From an uncultured Acidobacteriota bacterium (GTDB taxonomy: Bacteria; Acidobacteriota; Terriglobia; Bryobacterales; UBA6623), in contig CAWDWB010000009.1 of assembly GCA_963805925.1 (NCBI GenBank), positions 517,746 to 581,745 on the forward strand: a stretch of 64,000 nt of DNA. Direction: 5' to 3'. This document shows, one piece after another, positions 1 to 8,964 of this stretch (the first letter of the stretch is position 1; each line of letters opens with the position of its first letter). The translations under genes were made by a program, and so were the position numbers. Below the pieces are notes generated by a model. The model was not told where the DNA came from. It searched no databases and was given only the letters and a program-made list of their open reading frames with translations.

Positions 1-1
1 C

Positions 2-163
2 CGCACCCCGAACAGCCGTAGCGAGGGAACCGGCAACCCGAACAGTTCCCTCGACGAGCGCACCAAAGACGAACTCTACAATCGCGCTAGGCAGCTCGAT
101 ATAGCCGGCAGAAGCAAGATGAACAAGAAGCAGCTCGTCGCCGCGATTCGGCGCAGCTCCTAG
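2..163 (+). CDS. 3' end of a CDS entering from the left edge; C-terminal Rho_N-like motif
   Basis: Frame 2 is open from the window edge to TAG at 161-163. The translation ends ...TKDELYNRARQLDIAGRSKMNKKQLVAAIRRSS, a pattern typical of Rho-termination-factor N-terminal-like domains. Confidence 0.45.
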   Translation, partial: RTPNSRSEGTGNPNSSLDERTKDELYNRARQLDIAGRSKMNKKQLVAAIRRSS

Positions 164-309
164 GGTATGCGGCACGGGATACCGGACAGGATCGCCTTCC
201 CAAGGGCTCCAGAAACGGCTATTGCGGCCGAGAACGCCAACGACTTCCCACTGCGAATGAAACAGAACGGCGCCGAATACTGTCCTTCAATAGAGGTCTT
301 GAGCGAATT

Positions 310-669
310 ATGGCTAGCACCGAGTATCACGAACCAATCGAGTTATTGTCAGCGGAGACGATTGACATGCATCGTGCGTTGGTTTCGGCCATAGAGGAGC
401 TCGAAGCAATCGATTGGTACCAACAACGCGCCGATGCGTGCGTCGACGACGATCTCACCAAGATCTTGCTCCACAACAAGAGGGAAGAAATCGAGCACTT
501 CTTAATGGCTTTGGAATGGATTCGACGCAGAAACCCGACGTTTTCCGAGTACATGAAGAAGTACCTCTTCAGTGAGGGCGCGATTACCGAATTAGAGAGC
601 CAATCGAAGTCCTCGTCGTCAATGGGCCCGAAGGACGGCTCGCTTGGCATCGGACGCCTCAAGGAGTGA
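310..669 (+). CDS. Encapsulated ferritin-like cargo protein (EncFtn) with C-terminal encapsulin targeting peptide
   Basis: 119-aa ORF with ferritin-like acidic/ExxH motifs (AIEELEAIDWYQQR, KREEIEHF). The C-terminus ...DGSLGIGRLKE matches the SLGIGxLK cargo-loading peptide consensus. It lies directly upstream of the shell gene. Confidence 0.85.
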   Translation: MASTEYHEPIELLSAETIDMHRALVSAIEELEAIDWYQQRADACVDDDLTKILLHNKREEIEHFLMALEWIRRRNPTFSEYMKKYLFSEGAITELESQSKSSSSMGPKDGSLGIGRLKE

Positions 670-670
670 C

Positions 671-1474
671 ATGAATCTGCTAAAGCGCGAAATCGCCCCC
701 ATTACGCCGGAAGCCTGGGTCGCCATTGATCAAGAGGCCGTTCGCCTGTTGACGGTCAAACTCGCCGCCCGGCAACTTGTAGATATCGACGGTCCTCACG
801 GCTGGAAGCTGGGTGCGGTCAATACCGGCAAATTGGACTTGCTCAAGAACGAGCCGGCGCCCGGCGTCGGGGTCGGCGTCCGTCAACTGCAGCCGCTGCT
901 CGAATTACGAGTGCCGTTCAAACTCAATCTCATGGAAATGGACTCGATTAGCAGAGGCTTGGACTCGCCGAATCTCGATCCGCTGCGAGAGGCGGTCGAG
1001 CGCATTGCCGAGGCAGAAGATCGAACAGTATTTCTCGGTTTCGGCGACGCACACATCAAAGGCATCCTCGAATGCAGCAGCCATCATCCGATTTCGTTTG
1101 GAGATACGCCCGAGGACCGCTACGCAGCGATCGTGCAAGCCTGGCAAGTGCTGCAGCACGCCGGCATTGGCGGTCCCTACGGACTCGCAGTCGGCAAGGA
1201 CATGCATCTGGCGATCTTGGAAGCGGCCGACGACGGGTACCCGATCGTCAAGCGCATTCAAGACCTGCTCCAAGGCCCCATCGTTCGCGCCGACGTGCTT
1301 GAGGGCGGAGTGCTGGTATCTCTGCGGGGCGGTGATTTCAAGCTGACGATCGGACAAGACCTTTCAATCGGCTACGCCGCGTCGGACCGAGATCAGGTCG
1401 AGTTATATCTCACCGGCTCGCATACGTTCCAGACTCTCGAACGCGATGCGTCCGTCGAACTGTCAATCAACTGA
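671..1474 (+). CDS. Family 1 encapsulin shell protein (linocin M18-like)
   Basis: ATG at 671 follows AAGGAG. The N-terminus MNLLKREIAPITPEAWVAIDQEAV and the roughly 267-aa length are typical of family 1 encapsulins. The ORF-track start at 644 overlaps the cargo gene and was not used. Confidence 0.9.
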   Translation: MNLLKREIAPITPEAWVAIDQEAVRLLTVKLAARQLVDIDGPHGWKLGAVNTGKLDLLKNEPAPGVGVGVRQLQPLLELRVPFKLNLMEMDSISRGLDSPNLDPLREAVERIAEAEDRTVFLGFGDAHIKGILECSSHHPISFGDTPEDRYAAIVQAWQVLQHAGIGGPYGLAVGKDMHLAILEAADDGYPIVKRIQDLLQGPIVRADVLEGGVLVSLRGGDFKLTIGQDLSIGYAASDRDQVELYLTGSHTFQTLERDASVELSIN

Positions 1475-1758
1475 TCAAGTGCGCCGTGATCGCGTCCAAA
1501 CGAGCCTCAACTGCGGCTCGATGTCGCAAACTGTCGCCTTGCCAAATAACCTAAGTTGTTGATTAGGATAGGCATGACTAGTTTCGGCGCTAAAACAGCG
1601 CGACATGTGCAGACCTCGCCGCCGGTCTGCCTATCGACAAAGCCATCATCGCCTTCAGCAAATACATCTTCGCCGGCGGCAGCTACTCCAAGCATCCTTC
1701 CGAGCGCCGCATCGGCCTGCCTTCCCCAACGCAATACTGCAACTCGACGGCTACGTCG

Positions 1759-2769
1759 CTACTTGCCCACCACAAGCACCGCAAAGCTGCCGGGCTTGAT
1801 GATCCGGCGGGGCCGGCCATCAGGAGTGGCCGCTGGCTCCGTGCCGTATTCGACCGACGGAAGGAAGATCTTCTTCGTCTTGGGATCAAACGCCATGGTC
1901 TTGGCGCTCCGCTGCGTCTGCACGGCGCCGGCGTCTTCGTATTCGTCGGCAGACTTCTGGCGGAAGATATTCAACACGCCTTCAGCGGTAGAAACGAAGA
2001 TCAACTTGGCGTCGGCGTCGAAGTAGGCCCAATCAGCGCCCGCTCCGGTCGGAAGGCTCGTGATCTCTTTGCCCGACGATGCATCCATCACAACCAACAT
2101 CGGCTCATTCCGGCAGGCGATGAAAAGCCGTTTGTTGGCGGCGTCGTAAGCCAGACCAGTCGGCGTTTTGGACTTCGTGATGGGCAGCCGCCTGAGGACT
2201 TCGAGCGTGTTCGGGTCGAACACAATCACTTCACCCGCTTCTTCGCTGTTGACGTAGATCAGACCATCAGCCATGATCGGCTGCTCGCCGTCTCCCTCCG
2301 CCTTGACCGTGCCCACGACTTCGCCCTTGGCGGCGTCGATCGCGGTGATGTCGTGCGTCCCGTGGTTGTTCGTGAAGACCCGCTTGCTGTTGGGTTCGTA
2401 ATAGATTCCGTCCGGTCCCTCGCCGACGTCGATGCGCTTGATTTCTTTCAGCGTCTTTGTGTCGAACATCAGAACCTTGTTCTCGCGGCCGTTGCTGGTG
2501 AAGCCGCGATTAAAGGGCGTTGCGAGCGCTACGCCGTGCACGCCCGGCGTATTCGCCAGGGTGCCGGCAACCTTGCCGCTATCAGCATCGATTACGTCAA
2601 CCTTCGTTCCGTGAGCCACGTAGAGCCGGCGCGCGGCCGCGTCTAACGTGACATAGTCGAACCCGTCGTCTCCGGCGACGGGGTAACGAGCTACTACTTT
2701 GTAGCCAGTCTGTGCCTGCAACGACAGCGCAATAAGCGCCAGTCCCATCAACGTGAGCGTCTTTCGCAT
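1759..2769 (-). CDS. Secreted beta-propeller repeat protein (YncE/YVTN-like)
   Basis: ATG at 2769 gives the signal peptide MRKTLTLMGLALIALSLQAQ. The sequence has repeated Dxxxxxx(Y/F)V...D propeller-blade-like units. The upstream part of the 382-aa ORF lacks coding character. Confidence 0.7.
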   Translation of the reverse strand: MRKTLTLMGLALIALSLQAQTGYKVVARYPVAGDDGFDYVTLDAAARRLYVAHGTKVDVIDADSGKVAGTLANTPGVHGVALATPFNRGFTSNGRENKVLMFDTKTLKEIKRIDVGEGPDGIYYEPNSKRVFTNNHGTHDITAIDAAKGEVVGTVKAEGDGEQPIMADGLIYVNSEEAGEVIVFDPNTLEVLRRLPITKSKTPTGLAYDAANKRLFIACRNEPMLVVMDASSGKEITSLPTGAGADWAYFDADAKLIFVSTAEGVLNIFRQKSADEYEDAGAVQTQRSAKTMAFDPKTKKIFLPSVEYGTEPAATPDGRPRRIIKPGSFAVLVVGK

Positions 2770-3081
2770 GGTTTTCTCTTGGTCCTTTGGGCAGTCCGAT
2801 GCCGTTGCTGACAATAGCGCTTCCGCCGTCAGTCCGCGGGAGTCCCATGTACCGGATCTTACAGCCCAACCGGCCGAAAAGGAGACGGAGCCCAAGAATC
2901 TCCCCAACGACGGCGGAAGCTCCTTGCTTTGGCTCCGTCATTGCCCCATTTACGCCCTCTTCTGAAATTAACAAATCGTCCCGGGTCCGTCGCCGGAGCG
3001 CCTCCGAACGGTCTCTGTGGCGCTTCTAGACTCTCCTTATTGCCTACAGCACGAAGAGAAACAAAGGAAGTTCGAGAGCTT

Positions 3082-3405
3082 ATGAGACACATAGTCCAAC
3101 CAATTCGCAAGATCTGTACCCTGGCGCTCGCCGCCCTCACGCTCGCTGCGGTTGTGAGCACTCCGCCGCAAGCCATCGCTGCCGGGCGGGACGACGATCA
3201 AGGCCGTGAGGACCACGCCGATCGCAACTCTTACGCGATCGGACTTTGGGGCGGCTTGCCTTACTCCCCCGAACAGGCGGCCGCTCTGCAGAACATGATC
3301 GCCGACATGAATTCGCAGGATCTCGCCTCCTCCGCACACGACGGCGATTTGAAGAGCGGTTCCGCATGCCCAAAAATTTGGAGGCCCATGCTACAACGGA
3401 TGTAG
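3082..3405 (+). pseudogene. N-terminal fragment of a secreted metallophosphoesterase-like protein (truncated)
   Basis: Signal peptide MRHIVQPIRKICTLALAALTLAAV, then AIGLWGGLPYS...AHDGDLK resembling calcineurin-like phosphoesterase N-terminal motifs. The ORF stops after about 108 aa, far short of the family's usual length. Confidence 0.3.
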
Positions 3406-3572
3406 AAGATTCCTGGCTAGGCGAGATACGGCCAGGGGCGCCGCTGCAGCGGTCGCAGGGTCTCGGGCGCGCGGTCAAAGCCAGAAGAGCCGCAGCGTAA
3501 GAGCGAAACAGAAACTAGGGTCGACCCAAAGACATCTCCGGTTCCCCGCTTGGAAGGGAATCCAACCTTCGT

Positions 3573-3604
3573 CCAAAGGGCTCCTCATCTGAGGGGCCCT
3601 TTGG
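3573..3604 (+). terminator. Strong stem-loop (14-bp stem), terminator-like
   Basis: CCAAAGGGCTCCTC-atct-GAGGGGCCCTTTGG followed by GCGTTT. There is one G.U pair in the stem. Confidence 0.4.
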
Positions 3605-3866
3605 GCGTTTGGCCTTCAATTCATCAACTTCGCCAATCCGGCGCCCAACCTCCATCTCAGGGCGCAACCTCGCCCCAACCTCAATCCACACTGCCTAGCG
3701 CAACAGAGCCGCGATCGTGAGGGGCGAACCGGCTACCCCTCTTCACCAGACGGAACCCAAGGTAATGCGAAAAACGGGGGCACGAATCCCTCTATGAACC
3801 CGTCGCCTGCGTTTGGGGTTCGGATGCGTTTTTGCTACCTTGAGAGCCGCCCAACAGGAAGCGAAA

Positions 3867-5723
3867 ATGAAACTTGTAGATCTCAAACCCTTCGCGATCG
3901 CCTTATTAACGGCAGTTTCGGTGCTGGCTCAACAGCCCGCGACCATCGCCGCAAACGACAACCGGACGCCGGCGGGCGAGTTGCGCGACGGCGTCCTGCA
4001 CTTGGAGTTCAACATCGACAAGGGCTCGTGGTATCCCGAGTCGGATAACGGCGAGTCGATCCCCGTGTATGCCTTTGGCGAGACCGGCAAGCCGTTGCAG
4101 ACTCCGGGACCGACGATTCGCGTTCCGCAGGGCACGACCATCGACATTTCGCTGCACAATTCGCTCACCGTGCCGGCGACGCTGCACGGCTTCCATCAGC
4201 GACCGGGCAAAGATAGCGATACGGTGACGGTCGATCCCGGCCAAACGCAGCATGTACGCTTCAACGCAGGGGCCGCGGGAATCTACCCCTACTACGGACG
4301 CACCCCGGACGGCGGAATGGGCGCCAACGGCAGGAACCGCGTCCTCGACGCTTTGCTCGGCGGAGCGCTGGTGGTGGATCCGCCGGGCACAGACCCCACT
4401 GCGGACCGCATCTTCGTGCTGGAGCGCTGGAAAGGCGCGCTCAGGACGGCGATCAACGGCAAGTCCTGGCCGTTCACGGAACGCTTATCCGCCGAGGTGG
4501 GCAAGGCGGTTCATTGGAAAGTCCTCAACGTGTCGGACCTCAGCCATCCGATGCACTTGCACGGTTTCCACTTCTGGCTGGACGCGGAGGGCGACGGAGA
4601 GTCCTACAAGGTACTCGACAAGAGCGAGAGGCACGAAGAGTTCACGCATTCGGCCGATGTCATGGAGACTTTCGAGATCACCTGGATGCCAAAGGAGCCG
4701 GGCCGTTGGCTTTATCACTGCCACCGGATGGCGCACATGCGGCTGCCTCTGCCGCTCCAACCAGGGGATGGCGTGGTCCCGGAGCATGTTGCCGAACACG
4801 AACACATGGAGGACTACGACTCAGGCTATGCCGGTTTGGGCGGCATGATTCTGGGCATTACCGTGACGGGGCATTCTGAGTTCGACACGGTGACCAACTG
4901 GCAAGCCGAACGACGAGTGAAGTTGGATGTGACCAACCGCAACGGAGATCCTTCTCTCTACGAGATCGCGCTTACGGACCTAAATTCCGATGCGCCGCCG
5001 GAGAAGAGTACAGGATTGACCGGGCCGCTGCTCGTCGTCACTGAGGGTCAGAAGACGGAGATTACCGTTGCTAACAACGCTTCGTCGGCGACGAGCATTC
5101 ACTGGCACGGGCAAGAGATCGAGAGCTATTACGACGGCGTGCCGTGGTGGAGCGGGATCGGAGAGAAGCGCGCGCCTCTGGTGGAGCCCGGACACGAGTT
5201 CAAAGCGAAGCTGATCCCCCAACGAGCAGGGTCGTTCATCTATCACGCCCATTGGCATGACGGCGGTCAGTTGATGGGCGGCATACAGGGACCAATGATC
5301 GTGCTGCCGCCAGGAGAGACATACGATCCGGAAAAGGATAAGTACTTCATCATGAGTTCGGCCCCTCCGGGATGGTACGGCGGCGCTATGCTGCTGATGA
5401 ATGGACTGCCTCAGCCGACGAGGGGCATGCGCTTGCGAGTAGGCGAAACGTACCGCTTCCGGTTCATGAACATCACTCCAGTGGGAGACGCGTTGCATGT
5501 GGGGCTCATGGGGCCGTCGGGCCCTGTCGAGTGGCGGCCATTGGCAAAGGACGCGGCCGAGACGGCGAACCACGAACTGCGCGCGGCGGATCAGCATGTG
5601 GCAGTAGGCGAGACGTTCGACTTCGAGTACCGCGCGACGAAGGCCGAAGAGCTTCAGCTAGAGGCCTGGTTCCCCGGCGGCAATCCGCTCATCGTGGAAA
5701 CAGTGGTCTTCGAGGATCGCTAG
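3867..5723 (+). CDS. Multicopper oxidase
   Basis: ATG at 3867 gives the signal peptide MKLVDLKPFAIALLTAVSVLAQQ. Copper-ligand motifs present: HPMHLHGFHF, YHCHRMAHM, IHWHG, YHAHWHD. Confidence 0.85.
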   Translation: MKLVDLKPFAIALLTAVSVLAQQPATIAANDNRTPAGELRDGVLHLEFNIDKGSWYPESDNGESIPVYAFGETGKPLQTPGPTIRVPQGTTIDISLHNSLTVPATLHGFHQRPGKDSDTVTVDPGQTQHVRFNAGAAGIYPYYGRTPDGGMGANGRNRVLDALLGGALVVDPPGTDPTADRIFVLERWKGALRTAINGKSWPFTERLSAEVGKAVHWKVLNVSDLSHPMHLHGFHFWLDAEGDGESYKVLDKSERHEEFTHSADVMETFEITWMPKEPGRWLYHCHRMAHMRLPLPLQPGDGVVPEHVAEHEHMEDYDSGYAGLGGMILGITVTGHSEFDTVTNWQAERRVKLDVTNRNGDPSLYEIALTDLNSDAPPEKSTGLTGPLLVVTEGQKTEITVANNASSATSIHWHGQEIESYYDGVPWWSGIGEKRAPLVEPGHEFKAKLIPQRAGSFIYHAHWHDGGQLMGGIQGPMIVLPPGETYDPEKDKYFIMSSAPPGWYGGAMLLMNGLPQPTRGMRLRVGETYRFRFMNITPVGDALHVGLMGPSGPVEWRPLAKDAAETANHELRAADQHVAVGETFDFEYRATKAEELQLEAWFPGGNPLIVETVVFEDR

Positions 5724-6006
5724 GCTACCAGGGAATCAAGAAATTTGGAGGCGTGGAGCGGACTTGAACCGGTCTTCTTGCAGCTGCTGCGGCTCCGCCT
5801 CCAAACCACTGCTCTGTCGTAGCGATCTGCCGCCTCTTTTGACAAACATTTGCCGACGACAAACTCAAGTTCCATCGGCACGTCGGCGCGGATGGAGACG
5901 CCAACGCGGGAGTAAAGGGGGAGGATCGGCCCATGGGGTTCTCAGGGCGTCCGACCAGGCTATTGGCGCCGCCCCGCTGGGCTACGGATCAGACGAGGAT
6001 CATCGC

Positions 6007-6618
6007 TCAGAACAGGTACGACACCGTCATCGAGGTCTCGAGACTATGCAGCATCCCATCGGTGTTTTTGAAGAAGGGTTTGCCGGTCACCTGGTCGCGC
6101 ACGTCGAAACGAACGCCGTAGTTATCCGAGACCAAAAACTTCACGCCCGCGCCGTAGTTATAGCCGAGCTTCGTTTGGCCCTGCGACTGGAAAGACGAGT
6201 AGCCGGGAGGAATAAATGCGGTCCCTCCGACGCCTCCCGTGACGAACGGGCGCACGCGGGAGCCGCGCGGCGTGGCATGCACGACGAAATTGTAGTAGTA
6301 GTTGTGAATCTGCGACCTAGTCTCTCTCACGTTGAGAATCAGATAGACTTGATCGTCTGTCGTCTCTTTGAACTTCGCGGACTGAAACGCGTACGACACT
6401 TCGTGCGCGAAGTAGCGGTGGAAGTCGAACGACATACGGGCGCCAATACGGATCCCGCTGGTGTACTCATAGGTCGACGAGACCCCGCCGCCGCTTGAGG
6501 AAGCAATGTAGCCGTCCCGGAAGGAACTGTACCCTGCCGTAATGCCGATTTCGGCGTCCTGTGCCGAGGCCGGAATGCAAAGGGCTAGGCCGATGACGGC
6601 AGGGGTAAATAATCGCAT
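6007..6618 (-). CDS. Outer-membrane beta-barrel protein (OmpA-like barrel / porin family)
   Basis: Signal peptide MRLFTPAVIGLALCIPASAQD, alternating aromatic/Gly beta-strand pattern, and a C-terminal ...TVSYLF ending in Phe. The ORF-track start at 6633 is TTG, so the ATG at 6618 is preferred. Confidence 0.75.
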   Translation of the reverse strand: MRLFTPAVIGLALCIPASAQDAEIGITAGYSSFRDGYIASSSGGGVSSTYEYTSGIRIGARMSFDFHRYFAHEVSYAFQSAKFKETTDDQVYLILNVRETRSQIHNYYYNFVVHATPRGSRVRPFVTGGVGGTAFIPPGYSSFQSQGQTKLGYNYGAGVKFLVSDNYGVRFDVRDQVTGKPFFKNTDGMLHSLETSMTVSYLF

Positions 6619-6709
6619 GCGTTCTGGACGCAAGGAGCGCCGATACGGTTTCTGCGAGATTGCGAAATAGGAACGGCCCGCTCCGAGGAGCAGGCCGTTC
6701 TGTTCAGGT

Positions 6710-7712
6710 CTACCAGGGGTCGGTGCGCTTGGTGTAGGCGCGTCCCTTGTCGGCGCCGGGACCGTCGCCGCCGGTGCAAATCATCACTCCGTCATCCAGC
6801 TGCTGGATGACGTTGTTCTCGTTGCAGGAGTTAAGGAACTTGATGCCGGCAGCCTTGGTCGCCGCCAGCACGCGGGAGCGGACCTGCTGCATGGCGGGGT
6901 TTGTATCCCCGCGTCCGCCCTCGCCGGGGGCGCCCACCACGTAGAAGCCGTGGTCTCCGGGACCCCATTCGGCGAAGGCGATGCCGGGCACTCGCACGCT
7001 GGACTCGACATTGGCGTCGGCGCGGGGGTTTTCGATCTTCAAGCCGAAGATCAATTCGCCATCCGGGTTCATCGGCCAGGGCTCTGCGATGTGCAGATAC
7101 TCCGCCGGCGTGACGCCCCAGATTTTTGCGGCGTAGGCCTGGCTGCCGTTGCCGCGAGTACCTTGGGCCAGGCCCTCGACGCGCGGCGCGAAGGGATAGC
7201 GCGAGTACTGGATCATCAGTTGCGCCGCTTCGGGACTTTCGGCTTGGCACAGCAAGATTCCGTGTATGCCGGCTGCCAGCGCCTGCTGAATCATCCAACC
7301 GTTGGCGCGCAGAGCGTCGGCGGTGCCTGGGATGGGCAGCGTCACCAACACGGGAGGCGTCTTGTGGCCGGTGCGGGTCGGGCCGGCATCGACCAGGCCG
7401 CGCATGAATTCGCGCAACTCTTTGAAGTCGAGCGTGCCATGTTCCATTTCGTAGAGTGATGTAGTCGGCCTTGGTCGCCGCCCGCATCTTGCCTTCCTCA
7501 TAGCCGCCGCCGCTTACCTGCGTGTAGTAAACCGGCTGGCCCTTGAGCCACAAGTCGATCACGCGATTGACGTGTGGGCCTTTGCGTGTGGTCTGTTTGC
7601 CCATTTCCGGGATGGCAGCATTGGGCGGCGGCGCCGCTTGCTGCGCATATGCCGGCGCAATGGCCAAGACGGCAGCGGCTATGCTTGCCATCAGAATGCT
7701 TTTTGATTTCAC
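6710..7712 (-). pseudogene. HpcH/HpaI aldolase-family protein with signal peptide, interrupted by a 1-nt frameshift
   Basis: N-terminal part (GTG at 7712 after AAGGAGG; ...NRVIDLWLKGQPVYYTQVSGGGYEEGKMRAATKADYI) lies in one frame. The remainder (YEMEHGTLDFKELREFMRGL...) lies in the 6710..7501 frame. Deleting one base near 7458 restores ADYI-LYEMEHG. Confidence 0.7.
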
Positions 7713-7862
7713 GTTTAATCCTCCTTGGGGATGCGCGCGACGAGTATAGCGGATGATTGGGACCGGAAAGGGCAACAACGGGAGGCAACGTGTGATTCCA
7801 GACGCATGGGTCTGAGACGGTCGCTACTTTGGCGCAGTGGCCCGGTTTGGCATAATTTTCAA

Positions 7863-8831
7863 ATGCAGTATCGACCTCTAGGACAATCCGGCATTTCAGC
7901 TTCGGTAATCGCTCAAGGAACGTGGGCGCTGGGCGGCATGATGTGGGGCGGCACGGACGAGAAGCGTTCGATTGAGTCGCTTCACTCTTCAATCGACGCC
8001 GGCGTCAACCTGATCGACACGGCCCCGGCGTACGGCTTCGGTATATCCGAGGAATTCATCGGCAAGGCCATCGCTGGGCGCCGCGACAAGGTGGTGCTGG
8101 CTACCAAGGTCGGCTTGCGCTGGGACGACACCAAGGGGATGAAGTTCAAGGAGCGCGACGGCGTCACGCTTTACCGCTACCTGGGGCCGGAATCGATCCG
8201 CGAAGAGATTGAGCGTAGCTTGAAGCGTTTGCGGGTCGACTATATCGACCTGTACCAGACGCACTGGCAAGACCCGACGACGCCAATCGCGGAGACAATG
8301 CAGACGCTGCTCGATCTGAAGAAGGAAGGTAAGATTCGGGCAATCGGGATTTCCAATTGCACCGTCGCTCAGGTGAAAGAGTATCAGGCAGTCGGCCCCG
8401 TCGATTGCGTTCAAGAACGCTACAGCATGTTGGACCGCCAAATGGAGCAGGAGTACCTGCCTTACTGCCTGGCAAACAACATCGCGGTGTTGGCCTACTC
8501 GCCGCTGGCGATGGGATTGTTGACCGGCAAGATGGGGCCGGAGCGCGTTTTCCCGGCTGACGATATACGGCACGACCTTCCGCGCTTCAGCGTGGAGTCG
8601 CGCGCAAAGGTCCAAGGGGCGCTTAAACAATTTGCACCCATCGCGGAGCAGTATGGACTGACGATCGGCGGACTGGTGATTGCGTGGACCCTCGCTCAGC
8701 CCGGCTTGACACATGTGCTGGCGGGGGCTCGCGATGGGGACCAGGCTAAAGAGAACTCGCGCGCGGCGGTGGCGTTGGCTGCGGAGGACGTGGCGCAGAT
8801 TACGGCGTTGCTAAATGCGGGGACGTTATAG
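7863..8831 (+). CDS. Aldo/keto reductase
   Basis: MQYRPLGQSGISASVIAQGTWALGG...IDTAPAYG...LYQTHW are classic AKR motifs. ATG at 7863. Confidence 0.85.
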   Translation: MQYRPLGQSGISASVIAQGTWALGGMMWGGTDEKRSIESLHSSIDAGVNLIDTAPAYGFGISEEFIGKAIAGRRDKVVLATKVGLRWDDTKGMKFKERDGVTLYRYLGPESIREEIERSLKRLRVDYIDLYQTHWQDPTTPIAETMQTLLDLKKEGKIRAIGISNCTVAQVKEYQAVGPVDCVQERYSMLDRQMEQEYLPYCLANNIAVLAYSPLAMGLLTGKMGPERVFPADDIRHDLPRFSVESRAKVQGALKQFAPIAEQYGLTIGGLVIAWTLAQPGLTHVLAGARDGDQAKENSRAAVALAAEDVAQITALLNAGTL

Positions 8832-8964
8832 GGGCGCCTGGATTCCCAGACCGAATCCCTTACGGTCGCGGCTCTGACGTGAGGGTCGAAACGTCAACTG
8901 GAGAGGTTGGGTAAACTACCCCCATCGTCGGCGGGAGCTCGGGAAGTCTTCGCCCTTCTTCTTA

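Noticed and set aside
1507-1734. 75-aa minus-strand ORF in the gap between the encapsulin and beta-propeller genes.
   Set aside because: No start context, motif or coding periodicity is apparent. The region is more likely the convergent 3' UTRs.
3640-3690. Three CAACCTC motifs (3645, 3664, 3675) upstream of the multicopper oxidase gene, considered as a possible copper-responsive operator.
   Set aside because: The motifs are short with irregular spacing (19 and 11 bp), have no dyad symmetry and do not match the CueR/CsoR operator architecture I know. Not distinguishable from chance.
5746-5836. tRNA-like sequence on the minus strand (…GACCGGTTCAAGTCCGCTCCACGCCTCCA), with a canonical T-loop and 3' CCA, downstream of the multicopper oxidase gene. 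Considered as tRNA, tRNA-Sec or a tmRNA 3' end.
   Set aside because: With the T-arm placed normally, the 3' acceptor strand is CCACGCC. No complementary GGCGTGG exists upstream. The T-stem has a C.C mismatch. No anticodon arm or tmRNA 5' end (GGGG...) or tag reading frame could be built. It may be a tRNA 3'-half relic (an old att site), but it is not a callable RNA gene. tRNAscan-SE or ARAGORN would settle it.
5764-6498. Long ORFs antisense to, or out of frame with, confidently called genes. Examples: 5764..6498, 8962..9879, 17825..19045, 19862..20665, 45745..46932, 56774..57841, 60100..60795.
   Set aside because: These are typical high-GC shadow ORFs. They are Arg/Ala/Gly-rich low-complexity translations, have no motifs, and fully overlap genes with strong family signatures on the other strand or frame.
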